A stretch of 64,000 nt of DNA from Paragordius varius (lineage: Eukaryota; Animalia; Nematomorpha): NCBI GenBank assembly GCA_964247055.1, contig OZ176053.1, positions 7,688,001 to 7,752,000 of the forward strand, written 5' to 3'. Made by a program: the position numbers and the translations under genes. The notes under the pieces are model-generated. The model made no database searches. It was not told the DNA's origin and was given only the letters and a program-made list of their open reading frames with translations. Of this stretch, positions 39,653-55,800 are shown piece by piece. The first letter of the stretch is position 1; each line of letters opens with the position of its first letter.

Positions 39653-42600
39653 ATGAGTAGCAGTGGTAAAGCTACTGGGAATGGTGGAAGTATTGAAGAT
39701 TCTCACACTAACATTTTTGCATTGGTATTGCATTTCATTCATATGTATTTCGATTGATACAATATTTTGTTTATGCAATTTTTTGTGCTCAGATAAAATC
39801 AAGGTCGTTTGTTTCATATATCCATATATTCAATATACATTTTAAGATAACATTTAACTATGTGCATTTAACCAATTAATCTATTAGTTTGGCTCTACTG
39901 GCTTTATGCTTTATGTATATTTACGAATATAGGCCGATCTTAACGGGTTAAAATGGAGAAAGTATGTGTATTGCAATACAACACCCGAATCAACAACCAA
40001 CAATTCAATTGATGTCCTTGGCGATAATGATTGCGACAATGCTCCATATGTTCACGAAGATGACAATTTCCGATCTGTGTCTCAAAACAGCCATATTGGT
40101 TTAAAAGATGGTAACAGCAATAAAGCCCATAGTTATCCGATTACCGATGGCAACACTAAGTTCAATTCATCATTACTCTCAACCAAACTATTGCAAAATG
40201 ATGCCTTGTTTATATCATATTCCAATCTATTGTCCCATAACCTTCTTTGTGTGTGGCGCGTGAAACCGGGAGTGTCAAGTTTACTTTACATACACTTTTA
40301 TTTTTTACAACAGTTGCGTATGATGTATATTATTATTTAGCCTAATTGAAATAATAAGTTAAGTGTCATAATTTGTTAAATTTTAGTAGTTTCTCACTCG
40401 CTACTGTGCTTTAGTATTGCTGTCTAAATTACTTATAAACAAGCGGTTGATTACATAAGTATTGGCCAATAATTTATTTAAAAGTGCTAATAAAGATTAT
40501 TTTTTTACAAACCGCGCATTTTGCTATTAACTTAAAACCCGATAAACTTTGATACTTATTAGATTATCAATAGACCTTAACTATAATTTGTTGTGATTCT
40601 TTAAAAAAATCATTTTAGCCTTAAAATACAACAACAGGTTTATAAAAATTGACTAAATTTACTGATTTTATAAATTTATTCTTCTATACCGAAGTTTATA
40701 AATTTTAGAATGTTTTGATTTTTATTCGATAGATTATAATACAATCAGCGAATTTGCGAAACAATCCCGTGAACTTTGGGTCTTTTGGCATGGAGATGAT
40801 CCATCTTTCGAGAATTTTATCCATAAAGATTTGCAAGGTAAAACTTTTATTTATGTTATGTTATAATAAAAACTTATCAGATTTGATTAATAACGATAAT
40901 TTATGACACATCCTGGTTTTTTTAAAATTATATTTGATTTTGACTATCCATATTGTTAAATGCAACTCACCAAATTAGAGACCGGTTTTTGTAAAATAAA
41001 ATTTGTTAAACTTTAAATACATTTTTTGTCCTTAGTTTTTAATGGATATTTTACTAATTACAAACCTTTTCTCTTTCTGGTTTTGGCTTTTATTTAACAG
41101 TCACACAAATAATCTATGCGTATGGTGGTATTTATTTAATTTTTTTTATTTTTATTATTTCACCAATATTCGCATTTTAAGTGTCATTTATCGATTTTGT
41201 AAAACAGTCGCAGCGCTATAAAAGTACCACACACTTGTTTAATAATCCAATATAATAATAATCATTTCATGAATGTAATCATAAATAATATCATTATATA
41301 ATGTGCCGTGCCGTGCCGCAACGGTTATTTAATAAAAATGACCATATTCATTTTTACTGTGAGATCCATTTTTTAGTATTAGAGTTTTAAAGTTAATAAA
41401 CCATCACAGGAGGCAAACTCATAATTATAGTTAAAAAGCATATATCTAATATAGTAATGAATAAACTTTTAGTTTTTGGGATATAAATGAAACTCTGACA
41501 TGTTTCTTAAATTACATAGATTTTGAAATTGGAAGTTGGGATACCGGCCTATCATACGAATGTCGCACTCTTCTATTCAAAGCATTCCATAATAACATTG
41601 AGAGGTAATTTTATAAGAGGAATTTGCGATAATTTAGGTTTTAAAGTTTGATAATTTATTTTATAAAGAAAATTAAAAAAAAACTAATAATTTATAAATG
41701 TAGGTGTCTAGGTGATTTAATTTATCATAATATATATCTCTTTTTATGTTATATTAGGTACCTGTTACTTCGGGGGTTCGTTCGCTTAGACAAATGGTTT
41801 GTTGAACCTCGATTAACGTTTCACCAATTGTATCGAAAACGCTATTTCGATAACATTTTAAACCGGTACACCTTTTAAACTAAACATTGTTTCTTTATCA
41901 TCTATGATGAATAATTTAATTTACTTATTAAATATAGATCATCATTTCCTTTGAAAACTACTAAAAGTCATGGACTTTATAATAATAATAATAAGCAATC
42001 TGGAGGTAATTTCAAACATATGGAACAGTTTATGAACACAAAATCTTCTTCTGCTTACAAACTACAATTGGCATTTTCTTTCTCCTTTTTCTTGCACGGG
42101 GAAAGTGCCATATGCGCCAGTCTTCAAGTTCAAAAGTTTCCCTGCTTAGCTAGATTTCCTAATTTATCCTCAAACATCCCTGCCCTGGCTCCAAAAATGA
42201 ACGGTATTATTTATTAATTTATAGGCTTGAAAATATATAGTAATCATTTTGATGATATAAAGTTCTAGTGAAATTTTTGTTATAGATGAATTTCCAAATT
42301 TTGATTAGGTTATATTTAACTAAATTTTGAGCTATTAAGCATCTAATGCTACTATTTTAGTAAAAAGGTGACGCTTCGCTAATTGATTTGTTATATTTTT
42401 AAATGGCTTATTTTTCAATGCATAAAATATATAATCTCCAGTATTTTATATCCTATTAAATAATGACATTTCCAATTATAGTAATTTTGGCCCCGTGTGG
42501 TATCTCAGGCATATTGACTGGTAAGTATATGAAAGTCCCAGACACAGGTGTAGAAAGTTTTATGCGGGAATGGCATAAATTCATGCCTGATAAAGATTAT

Positions 42601-45600
42601 GCTACAATATTTTTTGATTGTGATAACTTCTCCAATAACAATTGCAGCAATAATAATAATAATAATATTAATAAAGATGAGCGCCATGGAAAAAGCAACA
42701 TGTCGATTGGCGCCAATGTGCCCGATAAATTCAACAAACTAGCTCAATTAGAATTGGCTGAAATACTTTTGGGTACGATTAAATTATTTTTTGTTCATTT
42801 TTCACAATCAATTTTAAAATGCAATATTATATCAATATCATTATATGTACTTGGATTATAGATATACAAGCTTTTAAACCTAATATAATGTTCACATATA
42901 CAAATTACATGTAAATTTGTGTTTGTTATTCCTTTATAGCCAACAATTATGTAACATATTATCCTACACGACACATTTTATTGGTCGATGATCCAATGGA
43001 TGCCCTACTCCTGGATAATAGTACTGATAATTTTTCTCTGGGCTCAACTTTAAATCTCCCTTGTACGACGAAGACAAAAGATTCCACAAATATGGAAAAA
43101 AGCAAAACAATAATTGTACCATCATCCCTTAACCACAATAATGTTAATAATATTAATAATATTAATAATTCGGTAAATAGCAATACAAATTTAACACCTC
43201 CTCCCTCCCCTGCTTTTATGCTACATAATATTCCTCCATGTAAAATATGTGGTTTAATTGACACAAAATGTGTATGTACTACGGATTCCAAATCTAAATC
43301 TTATCAAGCATACCTAACTCCTGCCCAAGGTAAAAGACAGCATGGTGAAATGGGTAAAATTACTTCTACCCTATTAGCAACGAGCGCTGATGAAACCAAA
43401 TTCCTTGGTCACGCTACTAATATGGATTTAAATGCTTTTGAATGCGATGAAACCATAGCATATTACGAAGGGTAAGGTCTATATTTTTGACATGAAATTT
43501 TTATTGCTGAAAATGATTACACTTGAATGAAGATAGATATATTTCTTTATTGATACTTTTTGGTCGATAATAAATATGTATATAATATTTTTTTGCTTAT
43601 TATTTAGTTGCATGGATTGTCAGTTATTAAATCTCTGTACCAAAAAGGGTGAAAACAAAATGAACATTAGCCTAAAATTTCCCAACAAAACCAAGTTTTG
43701 TCATTGCAATCGAAAGCAAAAAATTCCCGAATATTTACGAAAGTAAGTGCTTACATTAAAATACTTATGAAATTTTTTTAAACAATATTACAGTTTAGGG
43801 TTTAGACATAAAATATTTGACATATGATAATTCTATAACACTAAGTTTGAACAAACAATTAAGATTTTTACAATAATTTTTTTATAAAGTTGAGGTAGGA
43901 TTTTATTATGATAATGAGTTGCTGATCAAACCAAATTACCGTTATTAATATAATCAATATATTATACCATTTACAATTCAAATTCATTCTTGAACACATC
44001 TAATTCACCCTAAAAATAAATTATGTGTTTTCGGGCTAATATAACTCATTATAAATATAAAATATATTTTTACGACATAGTTTATTTTTTCAGCATTATA
44101 TTAATTTTAAACAGAATTTCATATTTAAAAAATATAAAAAACAAGGGTAGTTTTTAATCTTAAAAAACACATAATTTATTTTAGAGTGAACTTGAATTTG
44201 GAGGGTATATTTAAATAGTTCAAGGGTGAATTTGAACTCTATTTGATATACATACTAATGATTTCAATATAATTTAAATTATTTCTTCAATTACCTTATT
44301 ATATGATAAAATTTGAATTATCCAGATTGTATATTTGTCAATCATCTATCAATGATGGACAAAACAAAAATATCATATCCACGTTTGAAAGGCTCAATTA
44401 TATAATTCGCAAAACATCTCTATCCCCCAACTCTGCAATCAAAGTTGCAAGATTAAAACAAAAGCCACCTTACCGTAAACTACATTATTTTATGCAAAGA
44501 CGTCGTTTAAATCCTTCATCATACCATAAATTATTGAATACGTATGATTCAACGGTAGAACTAATACATCAAAATTTGGAACCACCAAATATCTTACAAA
44601 ATATTTCCAATCTTCATCATAAAATTGGCGTTGCGAAAACTAAAAGTATTGATACAGGTGTGGTAGAATACAAAATACCAAAAAATAATGTAATCCCAAT
44701 TTCAAGCTCAATTGTCATTTCTTCGACAGAACCTAAAAATTATCAAGTATTAGCAGAAAAATGTAATCAAACTACCAATGCATTTCTATCATCCGGTAAA
44801 TTTTTGTTAGATAATCAATCATATTACAATTTTTGGCAAATATTTTATATCTTTCATTCTAAAAATAGATGGCAATTCCTACATTAATGTTGCATCAAAA
44901 TTTACGGACAAAACAAAGTAAATATAATTAAACACATCTTTTAATGAATTTGATTTGGTTGTTAATATTGTTTTTTTATTCAATAGGAAAAAAGATGATA
45001 TTACCATACCACAACCACAAAATGTCAGTATGACATTAGTAGATCCGAATAGGAAGAATTTTAACACTTTATACACCAACAGATATATATCTTTTCCTCG
45101 TTGGTTTTCCATAAACAGAATCCGGCTTAAACGATGGTTAATTCACAAAAGGTAATACAACATATATATAATTTATAATTTGACATTTTTTACGTGTAAT
45201 AATGCCAAATAATATGCGAAAAAATTATTAAATAAAACTTTCTATGCTATTTGCTTCTAAAAAAATGGGATAGTTTGAAAATGAAAAGAAACCTAATTTA
45301 TCAAATCTTAATACATCATTATCCCGATTATATTATTTTTATTTTTTTCAGAAAAGCCTTTTTTCTCCACAGTGCAAATAATAGTTTTATTTTCACTTAA
45401 TGTTTTATAAAAATAATTTTTAAACCATCCTTTTTACGGGAAATATGGTATATCAACTTTTTCTAATCAATATATTTTTTAACGGATGACACATCATTAA
45501 AAAGATCATTTTAGTATTGATTTTGGGAATTTTTGAGAAATATAATAAAATGATTTTTTTTAAACATTGTAGCAATTAAATTCTGGTTTTAATGTAATCC

Positions 45601-48600
45601 AAAAAAATGATAAAAATCATTAAATTGTACCGTCTCTAGTCTTCTAAATAATCTTTGCAGTTTGTCGAAAACCTTTTAATATAGTTCATGATATCCTGAT
45701 GATTCATTGCACCTTGCTCCTCGATATCGTTTATACTATGGCGAATAAGAAACGGTATAAAATTATTTTTTAACCTCTCTTGACATTGATATTTGGATAC
45801 TGTAAAACGCGTTGGTTAGCTCTTCTGCCAGCTATAGAGGTTTTGTCCCTTAAAATCCTACGTTCGATGTTTGGAAAAAATTTGAAATTTAAATCTTCAA
45901 AAATATGACTGGAGTTTCTACTAAATCAAGCTGCTCTTTTTCAAAACGTCATTGAACTCATTGAAGGGGATAAAATATCGGAATCGAAGTAGTAAATCAA
46001 GTTAATAATTTAGAATATCAACAAGAGAGGTTAGAAAATAATTTTCTACCGTTCGCAATAGTATAAACGAACTCAAAGAGAAAGGTAAAAATCGTCTGGA
46101 TATCATGAACCATACCAATTGGAAGACGGTACAATTTAATGATTTTTATCATTTTTTGGATTACATTAAAACGAAATTGTACGATGTTAAAAATCATTTG
46201 ATTATATTTCTCAAAAATTCCCAAATAGTAATAGTAAATCAAGTGTGGACATCAAAAAAATCCATATGAACTATTGAAACTTTGAAAGCCATTTTATATG
46301 TCGATAATTCAACTAATTCTTGTGAATCTATAATATTTTAAATAATGGTAAAAACCTGCTCAAACGATAATTTATATTAAGGAATAAAATATACATTTAA
46401 TATACTTATAAATTGTACTTATTTTAAAAATAAAAAAATATTACAATATTATTTTTACATGAAAATTTTTTAATAGTAAACCCCCGCCTCCTTCTATTCA
46501 GACATGTACCGCTTTGTTAATTTAAAAATGCAGGTCACCCTTTACTAACCACTCAATAAGCTTGGTTAAACAAAATTGTCAAACTTAACTTTTTTAGTTG
46601 TTATAATGTTAAGGCATCCTTTTAAATCTTATTTAGAAAACAATATTTAACTCAAATGAAATCCCGACAACTAAACGAAGAACAAGCACATTTAGTAAAC
46701 AACGCATCCAATTACAATCAAAATTCTATCCCTAATCCTCAGTAAGTGCCTAAAATATTTGTTTGTAGGGAAAATGCTTACTTAAATTTTAATTAATATT
46801 CAGTCTTTTTCCAATAAAATAATATATATTTGACAAATATATTAAATTAGTTTCTAAATACCCACCAACACTCAACTTTAAACGAAAAAAAAACCTTATT
46901 AAAAAACGGAAAAATGTATGATAATTAGCTTAAGCTAATTCATTACCCCGCTGTTTATTTCAAAGATTTCATCAGAAGTGGGATTCATTTGGGGATATAT
47001 TTATTATTAACTATCATAAATTAATTAATTTTGTTGTATTTATAGATCACATCAAGAACGATACCTTTTGAATGCTAGAGGAACCGGAACTCAAGCAACC
47101 TCAGATTATTCACCGTTTGTTAAATCTGAACCAAACTTCACATCTCCACTGTATCAAAATGGACCTTCTCCACACACTATTATGATGACTTCTAGCAATT
47201 CAAATAACGAAACTCAGATTGGACCATATTATAACCGTAATAACGCTACATCACATTCTGTCATCACAGATAATAATAATGATATGAAAAGCAATATAAA
47301 TGAGAATGGCACTGGTAAAACCATTTCTACATTTAGTACGGTACCTCCCTCCTTTGACCCCTATGAATTTGATGAATTCAATGAGCAACATGCAAGACAA
47401 AGTAAAAATATTAATTTTACAGGGCATTTTTATGAAATTTGGGAATATTCATAAGAAAGGAACATGAAATTATTTATATTTTTATTATTTAGCTAATAAT
47501 GGGATGCCTTTGATGAGTAATAGCAGCACCAATACAAGAAAAGTATATTTTATGATATTTGTCATCACTTTTTTTCAAATTAACTGATTTAATTGTATTT
47601 TAGTATTTCATTATACTTATATAAGGCAAGGTTTTAATGTTATTTCTGAATTTTTAGATATTTAATGCAAATAACAACAATAGCAAAACTTCACTGCAAT
47701 ACGGTGGTAAAAGCGATGATTCAAACACTAATATATTTCAAAGTTTGAAATCAAAAGACTATGATTTTTCGGTCACAGAAGTATGTATTATTATATAAAT
47801 GATTTACAAAATTTTTATAGCTATTTATATGGTGCATTTGAAAAAATATATCATTTTTGAATTATTTTGATAGAAAACTACTACATCACCCTCGGGACAG
47901 CCCTTGAGTGCAAATGCTCCGTCGCTTAGTAAAATTTTAAATCAACCATTGAACCATCCGAATCCATTAATGCCCAAAATACCTGTGGTTTCTGTTCCAC
48001 TTAATCCTGGAATAATATGTAAGCGATAATAATTACTTTTAACTAATAAAAAACACTTTTACTTTTTTTCTTTCTATAATTAGCTCATTCGCTTTAACAT
48101 TTTTTTTCGATTTCTCAACTATTACTACATGCTATATAATTTTTAAATTTGTCGAAAAAATTTAATGGTTGAATATCAGTATATTTTAATTGTAGAGTAA
48201 TGTTGCTTTGAAATTAACTTTTACACAAAAAACTCTTATTACGGAAATTGGTCATGATGCTGATAATCAGCCATATACTTTTTTTTGAGTCACTATATTT
48301 ATATGAATATTTACTTTGGGATAATTCTTATTTTTATTAAAAAACAGACAGATAATTTATTGTTTATAACAAATTTTAAATGTTTTTTCCAAAATTACTT
48401 GTTTATATATACATATTAAAAATACGCATTTTCTCAATATCAATTTAATCAAAAAAATTTTTGCGGTACGTTAATTATAATTAAACAATTGTGTTTTATT
48501 GTAGCCAACACTGATTTATCGCGCATATTTCCGACACCCCCTAGTCTTGAATCAAATAATTTGTATAGCCCATGTTCTGCCCCTCCTCCAATTGGTTATG

Positions 48601-51600
48601 TTCCGCCGCAAATCACAAACAATAACACAATAATCGGCTCAAATGCAATCACTTACTCAATTCATGGCCCTGATAATGTAAGTTTATCGAAACAGTTTTT
48701 AATTAAAGGTTGATGTAAAAGTATTTTTAAAATGTGCTCAAAGTCCACATTATATGAATGTTTATGTATTTTCAGATTTTAAATGATATTCGTTGGCTAA
48801 TACTAAATACCATTACAAATGAGTATCAGTTTTTCCTTCATTTAAATCCATGCTCTATTACATGTTGTATTCACAACGAATGTTATGTGCAAATATAAAG
48901 TCTTATCAATACATAATATTCAAAGGAAAATATTTTGAACATGTTTCTAATTTCCTATATAATGTTTCATATTAGATATGTAGCTATCCGCCTTCAATAA
49001 ATACATCCACTGTTAATTTTTACGGCGCAGGGCCTACAAATTTTTCCATACCCAATAATTTCGCCAATGCACCACATTTATATTCTAATAGCGGGGTGGT
49101 GGGAATGGGTTCATCTGTCAAAAACAAACCTTATTCTTATCATAATCCTAATCAACTACAGCCTTTAAATGAATTTCCCCCTCCCATTGTACAGTATTAT
49201 AGTGATGGAACTCCGACCTTAGATTCTTTGCTTGATAGAAAACCTTTAGTAAATCCAAATTCCTTGAAAGATACGACTAATTCCTTACCTGATAATAGTT
49301 TATATCCAGGTAGTGGCAAAAATGAAAATTTATTTAATCATATTCGGACTAATTGTGACGCAACACCGCCTACTCAAACTAACCAGTTCAATTATCATGA
49401 TACAAAACGCTTCCATAATTTTCCATTTGCCAATGATAATGATGTAAAAACAGCGATAAATAATTCATTACACCCTAAAATGCCTTACCATGATGGCATA
49501 AAGTCCACAATAAACGCTCGTAATCAACGATTTAACCCACTAAGTTTTGATCTTTCGTCCTCTGATTTAAGGAGCGATACTTCGACAATAAAATCTCCCT
49601 CAGGACTTGATACCAGTTTACTTAATTTGAATTCTTTAGCAAATTCGCTTGTCCAAAATCAAGTATTTATCATAATTTGTTTATTTTTTACATTATCATT
49701 ACCATCCATTTATGATTGTATAATTTTAAGTCAAATGAGAATTGGTCCATAGACACTGCAGTACGAGACGATATGTTCAATGAAATTGATTTGCAGCACA
49801 AAGAAATAGATGGATTGCGTAATTTTTCGGTAAAGTATGCCCGATTCAAAAAATTGCATTCCAATTCACCTAAGTAAAATATTGTGTTATATGCTTATTA
49901 ATAAAAATTATGTATAAGTTTAGCCTTTTTTACATAAAGGATAATCAGTATTGGGTGAATTGAACATTATGTTAATGCCGACTAAAACTTATATAAAAAT
50001 GGGAATAGTTTTTAGTTTAAATTATAATTAAAAATTAGTTTTAACTAATCATTTCTTTAAACTAATTGTTTATGAGTTATATGTATATGATTTTCAACTT
50101 TATATAGTAGCACTAAAGAGTAAATTCCATGCGTCAATAATTCACTGTGGCTATATATATATATATTCACTTTTTTATAGTGCGACAAATACCAATGCAA
50201 ACATAACAACCACTCAGCTTCAAACTGAAAAATTTGAACCAAATATGGTTCATTCGTTTAGCGATATCAAAAAAACTAGTATTGTTACAACAACCAAAAG
50301 TCACATGAATAGTAGTATGATAAAATATACGAATGCCTTGTATGCCGTATTGTATATCGAGAGTCAAAGTTACGCTCAAATGATTGATATAAATTACGAA
50401 TCATCAACTATTTGCGCCTGCAATGCCAGTATTCATCAACATTCTTGCAACTTTATTTCGCCAACAATGTATATCGGTAGTGATCTTGTAAAAACCAAAT
50501 CTAAATATTATCCATGTCACATATCACCTACCAGTATATATCGGTACATTGAACAATTAAGAAACATTTTTAATTTGCCGAATCCTATACCGACTAAATT
50601 ATATAAACCTAATCCCACCCCCGTTGGAACAAATATAAAAGGTAGGCTTTTATCATCACGGTTCGTATGTTATCTTTTTAATTTAAATATAATCTTACTT
50701 ATATATATAAATTTAGATGATCACCCTGAAAATGTTTCTCAGCTTCTAAACAATTACGTAAACTATTTATTGAAGCAAGATAAATTTATACATTACGTAT
50801 CGGCTTCGAAATCTTTGAAGACACTCTCATGCCACAACGACAATACAAAACAGTCAAGACCTAGACCGCAAAATAATCCACAATATTACCATCATAAATG
50901 TATTTGCGGATTTAATTCTTACACAAACCAATATTTGAGCTACAACAATGGCCTATTTTGGGAGGATGAATTAGCTATCGTATATGCTACATCGCCAACT
51001 GATAGCCAACTAAGTAATTTTGTGATTTTTTTTATAAATTTTTCTATATTTGTAAATGTATAAATTTTTACGGTTTTTAAATGAATAGATTCTGCCGTTC
51101 CATTATCCGCAATATATGGATTGATTCGGAATATGATGAGATTCATAATATCTTTTATATATGCAAACTGGTCCACAAACACATCCACTAATCTAGTCAG
51201 TAATGGTAATGCTATTTTTTTAATGAATATGAAGTATTCACAAATTATTATAGATAATTTACATTATATTTCTTTCTATCATTATTTCCATAGATAAAGC
51301 TATCACACCTTTTCGGGTCGTATCTTTTGAAGCTCTATCCGATTATAAGAGAGACGAAACATGGACGCGTTTTATTACAAAAAACGACGCCGGTACAATT
51401 AATAATACAAGATCTGAAAAATCCACCGCCGTTTCTCCAATACTATCGGGTGATATGTTGAATTATGTAATGTGGTTTGGTGGGGCATCGTGTGACCCCT
51501 ACAATTCCCTCCTTTCATCGTTTATTGCCAAAGAGCCAACATCATCACCATCAAATACTATTTTCAATTTATCATGTGATAATAATTTCCTAGCCAGTGA

Positions 51601-52833
51601 CAAAGAGGCGACCATTAATTGGCGAGCTTTTATGGATAGATGTGCCACATTTGAATCTGCTTTTCAATTTGCATCCTCATCAACGGTTTATGGTGATGCG
51701 AATATCAATTTGTTTGGCAATGATAACAACGATAAAGCTAACAATAATACTTGCCAAATTTTGGGGCTATCCCTCTTATTCTCAGCACATGTTTGGCCAC
51801 TCATGACTGGTATTAGTGTTGTTCCCTTTTTAAACTCTGCCATAAATTTGACTTAAAAAATAAAAAATTAATATTGTTTTATCAACAAAATCACATTTTT
51901 GATCCTGAATATTACCTATATAACTTATATAATTACATTTTTGAAATTTAAAATTAAGTCTGTTTTTAATTCAAACTAATCCCTATTTTGCCCCGAAAAA
52001 AGGTTAATTAAAGTTAAAAAAAAATTAAAAAATATGGTTTTCATCATAAAAAGTCTTTCACTTTTTATGTATGATTTGCCTTATAATTGATGTTTATAGT
52101 CGAGTCAGCCACCCCAGATATGAAGGTATGTCAACACTCGGTCCGTTATATGCGTACCATTTTGCGTGATGCCATCGAACGACGGAGCAATCTTATGGAA
52201 ACGTTGGCAGGCATTAATAATATGGCAAGCGTTGCCATGGTAACGCACACTAATCACCCGGCTGTAGATGAATCAGCATCATCATTTGGAGAGGATCCTT
52301 TTGTAAAGGCCAATAATAGTAAAACAGCATGTACCACTACCTTTCCTGGTTCGGCTCCAGGTTCAAACAATATCCCAAATAATCCAGCGCAATTCTTCAC
52401 AAGCCCTCATAACAATGCTATGATGTATGGTAATAGTCATCATTCCCACAGTAATAAATTTGAGCAATCTTGTATCATAAGTGGACCATTGACTTGGCAA
52501 CAGTTTCATAAATTGGCTGGGAGAGGTTACCTTTTTCTTACTTTTCTTGTTAACCAATCGCAATTCAAGTTTTAAAATAATATTTTTTGATTTTTTAAAC
52601 ATTCACTGACATATAATATACTTTACTTATCTATTTTTTCATATTTAGGAAAAGAGGAACGTTGTGAACCCCAGCCAATCCCACAAATATACATTAATTA
52701 TGAAAATGATAAATGTGTCATATCACCGTTATCTCTCTCATTTTGGGTATACTCTATATATATATATTTGTTGTCCTATAAAATATTAATTTATTCTATA
52801 AATTTATAACAAAATATAATATTTGCTAAAACG

Positions 52834-52874
<41 letters not shown>

Positions 52875-55800
52875 AGGATTATTCCCATTTTGATCCTTAC
52901 AACATGGCCAAAGATATATACTATAATGTGATTACCTTGGAAGAGGATGATTGCATTTACATGATTAAAGAGTATTTCACAAATCTTAATGCTTCGTTCG
53001 AGGTTAATTTCAAATTATTATATAAAAAATAAAATATTTTTTATTTGTTTAATTTTAATTTTACATTTCACCCAAAATGAAACGTTTATTTCTATCTCGG
53101 TTGACCGGGAAAAATTCATTATTTATACGTATTGTTTTGTTTTTGACAAGTGTATAACTTTTTACACAATTTCAATCTTTCTTCTTTTCTAATGATAGAC
53201 TTGTAGATTCGGGCATCATCTTCCAATGAATTCAGGTAAAACTCCAACCGATTACATTACAACCTTGAATCCGCAAACAATTAACGAAAATTTGTCTTCA
53301 TCCTATCCTACATGGATAACAAACTTAAAATGTAAAATAATAATATTTTAGTTAATATAACATACATCCTTAAATCTTTTTTTCCCCTTTAAAGTTTACT
53401 TATATTTGATAAATTATCACAATTCAGTAATATATTCTCATTTTTAAAGATTGTTTCAATATACGTATTTTTTGTACTCATACCCTTTTCAATTTATTAT
53501 AATTAGGCAACTCATACCTCAAAGCATTAATCCAATCTTATCATACAGTATTCCAACAAAAAATTGGTAATTTAAACAAACATTCTATACTTTTCAAATT
53601 TTTATCATTAAATATATAATTATTTTATTATTTTCGTTACTTATATATATATCCAGCCTTAATTCAAGACGTATATAATAAAATGATGTATCCAAATAAA
53701 TATAAAACCAAAAATATTGGTGATAATAATAATAATAATAATTATTCACCGTCCGGACCACCTTCGAATTCCATGCTTATAAATTCACCTAAACCACCAG
53801 CTTTGACAAATAATCCCAACAACTGTATCCCTCCCCCTTCTACAATGCAATCTGGAACTGCGGCTAACCTGCTTAACCAACATCAAAAATTGCTCAATAA
53901 TTTATGTATGATATTTTTATAAATCATATATATATTGTGTATAAAATAAGTTTTTCTCTAAGATAAGGCGGCGAAAGTTTTATAAAAGCAAACGCCAAAA
54001 GTAAGCCACTGCCAATCATAAAATCAATCATATTTAGTAATCAAATAAAATATACGATTGGGGCTGCGAAATAAATTTGACTATTGTCAGAATCTTTTGA
54101 TTGAGCTAAAAATATTAAATGTGTGAAAAAAAGAATTTGCTTTTTAAGCAAGATTTTTTGAAAAAAACTTGCACATTATTCTAAATGTCATTGTTATATC
54201 ATATCGTCCAATATTGATTTATAACACAAAACTAATGAAGATAATTTCATTTTAGATCCGCAAACCACAGAGGTCCAAAAATTTTGCATTAACCAGCGCA
54301 CGTCATTTATCATATACATAGTGGATCCATGTATAGGACCATATAAAAATGCAGAATGTAACACAAAAACATCCTTTTATCATGATACAAATATATCTGG
54401 TCAATATGATCGTCAAAACCAGCATGGAAACGATAAATTTTGTAAAACAGAATCTGATACCACTGAAAATACAATCCATGTTGAAAGTCCAAAACTCATG
54501 CAAATGTATATGTGTAACATTCTTAGGGCCTTTGATGACGTTTTTCTCAAATCTTCCCTGTTACCTGACACAATCAAAAATCGGATTAGCTTGAAGGTTT
54601 ATATTTGGTTTATATCGCAATGCATCTTTTAAATCTTTTCTATGGATAATATTTATATATGGATTAATTTTTCTTTAGTTTGTTCCAATTCAGTACATTA
54701 CTCAAAGCATGTCCTTTAAAGATCGTAAATTATACGATTTCCTAGCCTTATCTACATACTCTGGCATAATGTATCAACAACCTGTTATAACAAATATACC
54801 CTTCCGTAGTTTTACTGGCTTTGGCCCCGGGATCAATAAAAATGTGATGCGAACAAATAATGTTAAAGTATATCTAACTTATCACATAATTTTACGCATT
54901 ATCTATTTCTCAAAGTTTATCTTTATTTAAATTGATTATTTTATATCTTTTTAGAAATTGTTTGCTACACATAATCAAAAAAACTCAGTTCCAAATACAC
55001 CCAACACCATCAATGTAGGACACAAAAGTAATCCTATACACGCCATAGTAAAATACTATGCACCTCCTTATGTGTTAGCCCTCCCATTTCACGATCAATG
55101 GCAAATGCGGAAACATTTAAATGTTGGTAACAAATCAACCTCCATTCCTCTGGCTTTTAATCCCATACTACCGAACGCTGGGCTTGCTTATCAATCTTCG
55201 GCTACACCGTATATGGACCATCATCATCACCATAGCAACCACAAAGAATTGGGAAATAAATATGGTAACACCAACGCAAACACACTGGCGGGCCATAAAG
55301 TTTCTGAAGAAATTTTGTTTTGTAGTTATTGTTTATCGCATGATCAAACTTGGCTGATTGCAACATTCACGAATGAACGTGGGGCATTGTTGACTACTTC
55401 GCTCATAAACTTACATTGCTCAAATAGGTATGTCATCAGTTTGTATGATTTTTTTATTTAATTTTGCATATAATTATATTTTAGAATATTTGAGCCTGAG
55501 ATAAAATACAAAATTTATTTGTTAAAAAAGTGTACGTTAACATGCTTTTTGCAATGAAATTTATTTTACGTAATATTATATATACATTTATATCTTTTCA
55601 CAATTTAGATTTAAGAAAAAGGAGTTAACGTTTATTCGATCCGTACTTGGGAAACTTTATACGTTTATCATTCAAAATATTATTGCCAAAACTAACCATT
55701 CATGGCGACTTGTGTTTACACGTGTTGGACGATTAGGACATGGTGAATTAATTGGTAGGATAGTATTTAAATGATTTACATATTGATTACTTTAATTTAG

